Below, one piece after another: positions 58,381-64,000 of a stretch of DNA of 64,000 bases. Source of the stretch: Longimicrobiales bacterium. GTDB lineage: Bacteria > Gemmatimonadota > Gemmatimonadetes > Longimicrobiales > Gaopeijiaceae. The first letter of the stretch is position 1. Each line of letters starts with the position of its first letter. The stretch covers positions 640,001-704,000 of the forward strand of contig OZ241892.1 in NCBI GenBank assembly GCA_965203485.1. The letters are read 5' to 3'. Below the pieces are notes generated by a model. The model did not search any database and had not been told where the DNA came from. It was given only the letters and a program-made list of their open reading frames with translations. A program made the translations under genes and the position numbers.

Positions 58381-59151
58381 ATGGACGAAGAGGGGAGCGG
58401 CGGCAACCAGCCTGCGGTGCTCGCCGAGGCCCTGTTCGTGTCCTACGGCGGCGTTGGCGGCATTCTCCGAAGGAGACGGCGGCCTGCCCTCCGCGGGGCT
58501 TCGATCGACGTGCGGGCGGGCGAGGTCGTGGCGTTGGTGGGACCCAACGGCGCCGGCAAGACCACGTTGTTGAAGATATTGCTGGGCCTCATGCGCGCTC
58601 AGTCCGGCCGATGCCTCGTCGGCGGCGAGGCGCCCGGCCCCTACCGCCGCCGTCGCGGCGTGGGCTACGTGCCCGAAGCCGTCGTGCTTCCGCGCGCATG
58701 GAGGGCTCGGGACCTCCTTTGCCGCGCCGTGGACTTGTCGGTTCCGCTTGAAGAGCGGGGCGAGGCGTATGCCCAGGCCGCGGCACGGGCGGGGTTCGAG
58801 CCGGACGCCGCCGCTTTGTCGCGAAAGGCGACGAAGTGCTCGAACGGCGTGCAACGGCGGATCTGGCTGGCATGCGCCCTGGCCGGCGACCCCGAGATCG
58901 TGCTGTTGGACGAGCCGTTCGCGGGGCTGGACCCCCCGGCGCGCCGCCGGCTCCGCTCGATCGTTCGCTCGGCGAGGGCACGGGGCGCGGCCGTGCTCGT
59001 CGCCAGCCACGAACTCGCGGAGGTCGCGCGCATCGCCGACAGGATCGTCCTGTTGAAGGAAGGCGTCGTTGCAACGGTGCAAACGGTCGATCAAGCCTCC
59101 GACAGTTCGGTTGCGGCGCTGGAAGCGCTCATGTTCGAGGAGAACGCCTGA
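58381..59151 (+). CDS. ABC exporter ATP-binding protein
   Basis: GPNGAGKTT, VGYVPE, variant signature CSNGV, LLDEPFAGLDP, ASH. Confidence 0.9.
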   Translation: MDEEGSGGNQPAVLAEALFVSYGGVGGILRRRRRPALRGASIDVRAGEVVALVGPNGAGKTTLLKILLGLMRAQSGRCLVGGEAPGPYRRRRGVGYVPEAVVLPRAWRARDLLCRAVDLSVPLEERGEAYAQAAARAGFEPDAAALSRKATKCSNGVQRRIWLACALAGDPEIVLLDEPFAGLDPPARRRLRSIVRSARARGAAVLVASHELAEVARIADRIVLLKEGVVATVQTVDQASDSSVAALEALMFEENA

Positions 59152-59882
59152 TGCGCCCGCTGGCGCCGGTGGAAAAGCGGATCGCTTTGCTGGTGGCGTC
59201 CAGGACATGGGGAATGGCATGGCTCCTGGCGTTCACTGCGTTTCTTGCGCTGGTCTCGCTGAAGACCCCGTTTTCCGTCGACTTGGCCGTCGCGATCATC
59301 GTGATGTTCCTCGGAGTTCCGCTGGTCCTAGCTCCCCGCCATCAGGAGATGGGCGGGCCGGGCGCCGTCCTGTGGTTGCAGAAGCCCGTTCGCGAGTTGC
59401 GCTTCGTCTTCGCGCGCCTCGCCGAGTCGATGGGCGCGACGGTCGTCTTGGTCGTGTTGCTCGCCTTGGTCGCGATGGCATACGGCGACATGCTTGAATG
59501 GCAGCCGCCGAGGCCCCTGGACTTCGTCCTGCCCGTCGGCGTCTTGGCGTCCCTCGTCACGGCCTCCATGGCGTTCGGAGCTGCCGCGTGGTTGCCCCGC
59601 GGAAGCAGGACGACGGTCGTGGCTCTGATTCTGCTTTCCCTGTACGCGTACGCGCCGGAGATGAGCGATCCCGACCTCGTACGAGGCGGAGTCGCAGGGG
59701 CCGCGCGCCTCGTGCTGTTCCCGATGCCGGATCTGTTGCGGGTCGTCCTGGGCATTACCGGAGACCTGTCATGGCGCATCCAACCTTTGCTGGCCTGCCT
59801 CGCGTATGCGGCCGGCTGGATCGCGGTCGGCGCACTGGGCGTCCTGTGGTCCGTGACCGCTGGAAGAGTCGCCCGAGCCTGA
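59151..59882 (+). CDS. ABC-2 type exporter permease (divergent, ~6 TM)
   Basis: TGATG overlap with ATPase; WLQKPVRELRFVFARL loop; six hydrophobic segments. Confidence 0.7.
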   Translation: MRPLAPVEKRIALLVASRTWGMAWLLAFTAFLALVSLKTPFSVDLAVAIIVMFLGVPLVLAPRHQEMGGPGAVLWLQKPVRELRFVFARLAESMGATVVLVVLLALVAMAYGDMLEWQPPRPLDFVLPVGVLASLVTASMAFGAAAWLPRGSRTTVVALILLSLYAYAPEMSDPDLVRGGVAGAARLVLFPMPDLLRVVLGITGDLSWRIQPLLACLAYAAGWIAVGALGVLWSVTAGRVARA

Positions 59883-59936
59883 GCGCGCGCTGGGAACATG
59901 GCTCGCCCGTCGCGGGCCGCTCCTCCTCCGGCGGCG

Positions 59937-59997
59937 CCCGCCGCGCGCCCTACGCCGAGCGTCCCGCCGCGCGCCCTACGCCGAGCGTCCCGCCGCG
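59937..59997. repeat. 26-bp tandem direct repeat (2.3 copies) spanning the aroF stop codon
   Basis: CCCGCCGCGCGCCCTACGCCGAGCGT at 59937 and 59963, then partial CCCGCCGCG. Confidence 0.85.
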
Positions 59998-60992
59998 GCG
60001 GCGAAGGCTTCCAGGTCGCGCATCATGCCCCGGAACTCCTCGAAGCTCAGCGATTGCTCGCCGTCGGAGAGCGCGGACTCCGGGTCGGGGTGGACTTCGA
60101 CGATGAGGCCGTCGGCGCCGGCCGCGACGGCCGCGAACCCGAGCGGGGCCACGAGGTCGCGCCGGCCCCCGGCGTGCGACGGATCGGCGATGACCGGCAA
60201 GTGCGTCTCGCGCTTGAGCCACGGGATCGCCGCCAGGTCGAAGGTGTTGCGCATCTCGGTCCCGTAGGCGCGAATCCCGCGCTCGCACAAAACGACTTGC
60301 AGGTTGCCGCGCGCCATGACGTATTCGGCGGCCAGCAGCAAGTCCTTGAGCGTGGCCGACATGCCGCGCTTGAGCAGCACCGGCCGTTGCAGCTCTCCCA
60401 CTTCGGTCAGCAACGCGAAGTTCTGCATGTTCCTCGCGCCGATCTGCAGCATGTCCACGTAGCCCGCGACCAGTTCCGCGTGGCGCGGGTCGAGCACTTC
60501 CGTCACCACGGGCAACCCCGTCTCCTCGCGAACCTGCGCCAGGATGCGCAATCCCTCTTCCTTGAGGCCGCTGAACGAGTAGGGCGAAGTGCGCGGCTTG
60601 AAGGCGCCTCCCCTCAGCATGGCGGCGCCCGCGGCGGCGACGGCCCGGCCCGTCTTCCGCATCATCTCCTCGCCCTCCACGGAACAAGGGCCCGCGGCCA
60701 CCAGGCAGGCCGAATCCCCGAACGCGCGGGTCCCTGCAGGCACTGTCGTGGTCTCGTCGGCGTTGAAGTCCCTGGCGGCCAGCTTGTACGGCCTCATCAC
60801 GGGGTGGACGGACCGCACTCCGGGGATGGAGCGCAGGGGAACGCGCGCCAGCCGCGCCTCGTCGCCGATGCACCCGATGACTGTGCGCGTCTTGCCCACC
60901 GAGACGTGCGTGCGAAGGCCGGCCGCCTCCACGCGCTCGCGAATGTGGTCTATTTCTTCCGGGGTGATGCTCTTGCGAGCGACGATGATCAT
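59976..60992 (-). CDS. aroF: 3-deoxy-7-phosphoheptulonate (DAHP) synthase, class I-beta with N-terminal regulatory domain
   Basis: AGPCSVE, LRGGAFKPRTSPYSF, QIGARNMQN, LLKRG, CERGIR, DPSH, VEVHP. Confidence 0.95.
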   Translation of the reverse strand: MIIVARKSITPEEIDHIRERVEAAGLRTHVSVGKTRTVIGCIGDEARLARVPLRSIPGVRSVHPVMRPYKLAARDFNADETTTVPAGTRAFGDSACLVAAGPCSVEGEEMMRKTGRAVAAAGAAMLRGGAFKPRTSPYSFSGLKEEGLRILAQVREETGLPVVTEVLDPRHAELVAGYVDMLQIGARNMQNFALLTEVGELQRPVLLKRGMSATLKDLLLAAEYVMARGNLQVVLCERGIRAYGTEMRNTFDLAAIPWLKRETHLPVIADPSHAGGRRDLVAPLGFAAVAAGADGLIVEVHPDPESALSDGEQSLSFEEFRGMMRDLEAFAAAAGRSA

Positions 60993-61284
60993 GGGTCGGT
61001 CCTTGTCGCGGGGCCGCCGGAGCCCACGGTGCGGCTGGGCCGGGCGGTGTTGTTGCCGGATGGAGTGCGCGCGAGCGGGGATTCTCGGAGCGCCGACTGG
61101 GGGCGGCCATGGGACGCACCAAGTCCGGGGAGGCGAAGGAAGATCGCAGCTCATGGGCGGGATTAGAAGCGGCGGACGAAGGCGGGCCGGCGGCGCCCCG
61201 TCGGGTGGCGCTTCTCCGCCCGCGCAGTAGATTCCCCAGGGCCAACACGGTCTCGGACGCACCTCGCAACCCAGCCCAGGGGAC

Positions 61285-62052
61285 TTGTCGCGACACTCGA
61301 CGGACCAGCTCCGGCGCTCGGCGGACGAGTTCGGCGAACCGACGGACCAGCTCAAGGCGGCGGCCGGCCTTTGCGCCGCCCAGCAAGCGGAGCCCGGGAT
61401 GCGGCTGGGGCTGGGGACCGGCTCGACCGCAGCCTTCTTCCTGCGCGCGCTGGCCGCCCGCGTCCGCCACGGCGAGTTGCCGGGCCTGGTTGGCGTCCCG
61501 ACGTCCGAGCGGACCGAAAAGGAGGCTCGGAGGCTGGGGATTCCGCTGGCTCCGCAGGACGAAGTGGGGCGGCTGGACTTGGCGGTGGACGGAGCCGACG
61601 AGGTCGCGCCCGACCTGGGGCTGATCAAGGGGTTGGGGGGTGCGTTGCTGCGCGAAAAGGTGGTGGCGCAGGCCTCGGAGCGCATGGTCGTGATCGTCGA
61701 CGAGGCCAAGCTCGTCGGGCGGCTCGGCGAGCGGGCCCCGTTGCCGGTCGAGGTGGCGCCGTTCGGGCTCGATGCGCAGCTGGCGTGGCTGGCCGAGCTG
61801 GGGGCGCGACCTGTCTTGCGGGCCGCGGCCGGCGGGCGGTCGGCGCTCACGGACAACGGAAACGCGACGGTGGATTGCTGGTTCGAGGGCGGCATCGAGG
61901 ACGCGCCGGTCCTGGAGCGCCGAATCGCTGCGCGCGCGGGCTTGGTCGAATCGGGACTGTTCCTGGGCATGGCCGACGAGGCGATCGTCGCCGGCGAGGG
62001 CGGGGTGCGACGCCTTCGGCGAAGCCCGGCGGCTCGGGCGAGAGAGGCCTGA
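61285..62052 (+). CDS. rpiA: Ribose-5-phosphate isomerase A
   Basis: LGLGTGST, DGADEV, IKGLGGALLREK, TDNGN. Confidence 0.95.
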   Translation: MSRHSTDQLRRSADEFGEPTDQLKAAAGLCAAQQAEPGMRLGLGTGSTAAFFLRALAARVRHGELPGLVGVPTSERTEKEARRLGIPLAPQDEVGRLDLAVDGADEVAPDLGLIKGLGGALLREKVVAQASERMVVIVDEAKLVGRLGERAPLPVEVAPFGLDAQLAWLAELGARPVLRAAAGGRSALTDNGNATVDCWFEGGIEDAPVLERRIAARAGLVESGLFLGMADEAIVAGEGGVRRLRRSPAARAREA

Positions 62053-62054
62053 GG

Positions 62055-62771
62055 ATGGCCCCGGCGAAGAAGGCCGCCGCAGTGAAGGTGGCGCCGTCGA
62101 TCTTGAGTTGCCGGTTCGCGGAGCTGGGCGACGAGATTCGACGCGTGGAGGAAGCCGGGGCCGAGTGGGTGCACGTGGACGTGATGGACGGCCGCTTCGT
62201 CCCCAACATCACCATCGGGCCCGTCGTCGCGCGGGCGGCGCGCGCCGCCGCCGAGGGCGTGCTCGACGTGCACCTCATGATCGCGGACCCGGACCGATAC
62301 CTGGAAGCGTTCGCCGCCGCCGGCGCCGACGTGATCACCGTGCACGCTGAAGCGTGCGTCCACCTGCACCGCACCTTGGCCCGGATTCGCGAGCTGGGCA
62401 AGCGCGCCGGCGTGGCGCTGAATCCGGCTACGCCGCTGTCCGCGGTCGAGGAGACGCTCGGCTTGGTGGACCTTCTGCTGGTGATGTCGGTGAACCCCGG
62501 CTTCGGCGGACAGGACTTCATCCAAGCATCGGTGGCCAAGGTGGCGCGCGCCCGCTCGCTCTTGGAAGCGCGCGCTCCGGGCGCGACCGAGTTGGAAGTG
62601 GACGGCGGCGTGAGCGCCGCGACCGCGCCCGCGTTGGTTCGGGCCGGGGCGACGGTCCTGGTCGCCGGCTCCGCGATATTCGGGCACCCCGGCGGTCCGG
62701 CGGCGGGCGTGGAGGCGATCAGGCGGTCCGTGGCAGGATTGGATGCGCGTCCGCGCGACGGAGGCCGGTAG
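62055..62771 (+). CDS. rpe: Ribulose-phosphate 3-epimerase
   Basis: APSILS, HVDVMDGRFVPN, DVHLM, MSVNPGFGGQ, EVDGG. Confidence 0.97.
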   Translation: MAPAKKAAAVKVAPSILSCRFAELGDEIRRVEEAGAEWVHVDVMDGRFVPNITIGPVVARAARAAAEGVLDVHLMIADPDRYLEAFAAAGADVITVHAEACVHLHRTLARIRELGKRAGVALNPATPLSAVEETLGLVDLLLVMSVNPGFGGQDFIQASVAKVARARSLLEARAPGATELEVDGGVSAATAPALVRAGATVLVAGSAIFGHPGGPAAGVEAIRRSVAGLDARPRDGGR

Positions 62772-62779
62772 AGGACCCG

Positions 62780-64000
62780 ATGCCCGAGTTCACCTGCGAA
62801 CGCGAGGTGCCCTTTCCGGTAGCGGACGTCTTCGCTTGGCACCTGCGGCCCGGCGCCCTCGAACGGCTGATCCCGCCTTGGGCGGACGCTCGCGTCGTTT
62901 CGCGGAAGGGCGAGGTCTCCGACGGCGGCCGGGTCCACGTCAGGGTCAAGCGGGGGCCGGTAGCGTTCGACTGGAAGCTCCGCCACACGGCGTTCGAGCC
63001 GGGCCGCCTCTTCCGCGACGAGCAGGAAGCCGGGCCTTTCCGTTCGTGGAAGCACAGCCACGAGTTCGAGCCCGCGGGCCGAGGGGGCACGCGCCTGCGC
63101 GACCGGATCGAGTGGGAGCCCCCGGCCGCTCCTGCCTCGACCGTTTTCGCGCGCGCGGCCGTCGAACGCGAGATGACGCGGATGGTGTCGTTCCGCCAGC
63201 GCCGCCTCGCCCACGACCTGGGCCGGCACGCGGCGGTCCAGGGAACGCCTTTGACCGTCGCGGTGACGGGCTCCAGCGGCCTCGTGGGCGGCGCGCTTCG
63301 CCACTTCCTCACCACGGGCGGCCATGCGGTCGTCTCCGTCGTCCGGCGCAAGCCCGACCCGGCCCGGGGCGAGATCGCGTGGGACCCCATGGAGGGCCGC
63401 ATCGACCGCGAGGGCTTGGAGGGCGTGGACGCCGTGGTGCACCTGGCGGGAGAGAACTTGGCTGGTAGCCGGTGGACGCCCGCCAAGAAGAAGGCGATCC
63501 GGCGGAGCCGCGTGGCGGGCACCCGCGTGCTGGTGGACGCGCTCAACCAGCTTCGCCGCCCCCCGCGCGTGCTCGTCTCGGCGTCCGCGATCGGCTACTA
63601 CGGCAACCGCGGCAACGAGCGCGTCACCGAGGCGAGTCCGCCGGGGCGCGGGTTCCTGCCGGACCTGTGCCGCGAATGGGAGGCCGAGGCCGCCAAGGCG
63701 AAGCGGTCCGGCGTTCGCGTGGTCCTGCTGCGCACCGGCCTCGTCCTGAGTCCCGCCGGGGGCGCGCTGGGCTCGATGCTTCTGCCCTTCAAGCTGGGCG
63801 TCGGCGGACGCCTGGGCACCGGACGCCAGTTCGTCAGCTGGATCGACCACGACGACCTGCTGGGCCTCGTCCTCCACGCCGTCACCACTCCGTCGCTCCG
63901 CGGCCCGGTGAACGCGGTCGCCCCGCATCCCGTCTCCAACGCGACGTTCGCGACCGCCCTGGGCCGCGCGCTCAACCGTCCCACGCTCGTGCCGGCGCCC
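62780..64000 (+). CDS. SRPBCC domain fused to TIGR01777-type NAD-dependent epimerase; runs off window
   Basis: MPEF..VFAWHLRPGALERLIPPW, GPFRSWKHSHEF, VTGSSGLVG, SASAIGYYG, LRTGLVL, SWIDHDD. Confidence 0.9.
   Translation, partial: MPEFTCEREVPFPVADVFAWHLRPGALERLIPPWADARVVSRKGEVSDGGRVHVRVKRGPVAFDWKLRHTAFEPGRLFRDEQEAGPFRSWKHSHEFEPAGRGGTRLRDRIEWEPPAAPASTVFARAAVEREMTRMVSFRQRRLAHDLGRHAAVQGTPLTVAVTGSSGLVGGALRHFLTTGGHAVVSVVRRKPDPARGEIAWDPMEGRIDREGLEGVDAVVHLAGENLAGSRWTPAKKKAIRRSRVAGTRVLVDALNQLRRPPRVLVSASAIGYYGNRGNERVTEASPPGRGFLPDLCREWEAEAAKAKRSGVRVVLLRTGLVLSPAGGALGSMLLPFKLGVGGRLGTGRQFVSWIDHDDLLGLVLHAVTTPSLRGPVNAVAPHPVSNATFATALGRALNRPTLVPAP

Noticed and set aside
61068..61082. CGCGCGAGCGGGGAT, resembling half of a type I-E repeat
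   Set aside because: Single copy, with no partner at 61-bp spacing and no left stem arm.

Overview
Very GC-rich bacterial chromosomal window (GC judged by eye at roughly 70% or more, not computed). Gene content and style suggest Gemmatimonadota, possibly host-associated; this is inference only. About 52 credible CDS, and most other ORFs in the six-frame track are GC-driven shadows. Core blocks: infC-rpmI-rplT-pheS-pheT-zapB-like-zapA-[soxC/soxD-like]-rny-folD-xseA-xseB-ispA-nadK-recN, tRNA-Gly/tRNA-Cys, rho, tesA/ybbA/ybbP-type genes, argG-argH, aroF and rpiA-rpe. There are also several transporters: a Pot-type ABC, a sodium:solute symporter, an Opu-type ABC, an MFS and a TonB-dependent receptor. 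Most notable non-routine signals: (1) a four-gene operon at 56.8-59.9 kb encoding a secreted peptide with a symmetric 6-Cys ladder, a membrane-anchored beta-propeller and an ABC exporter, a candidate undescribed peptide system; (2) a degenerate 61-bp-period, type I-E CRISPR-like mini-array inside the polyamine ABC operon, with no cas genes in the window; (3) a complete sigma-54-type promoter architecture driving a secreted His/Trp/Gly-rich protein with a basic histone-H1-like tail; (4) a solo IS1202/ISNCY-like end beside the tRNA promoter, and a probable decayed tRNA-Leu; (5) a stand-alone sigma70-region-4 plus winged-helix protein. All family assignments come from motif recognition by eye; no database searches were run.
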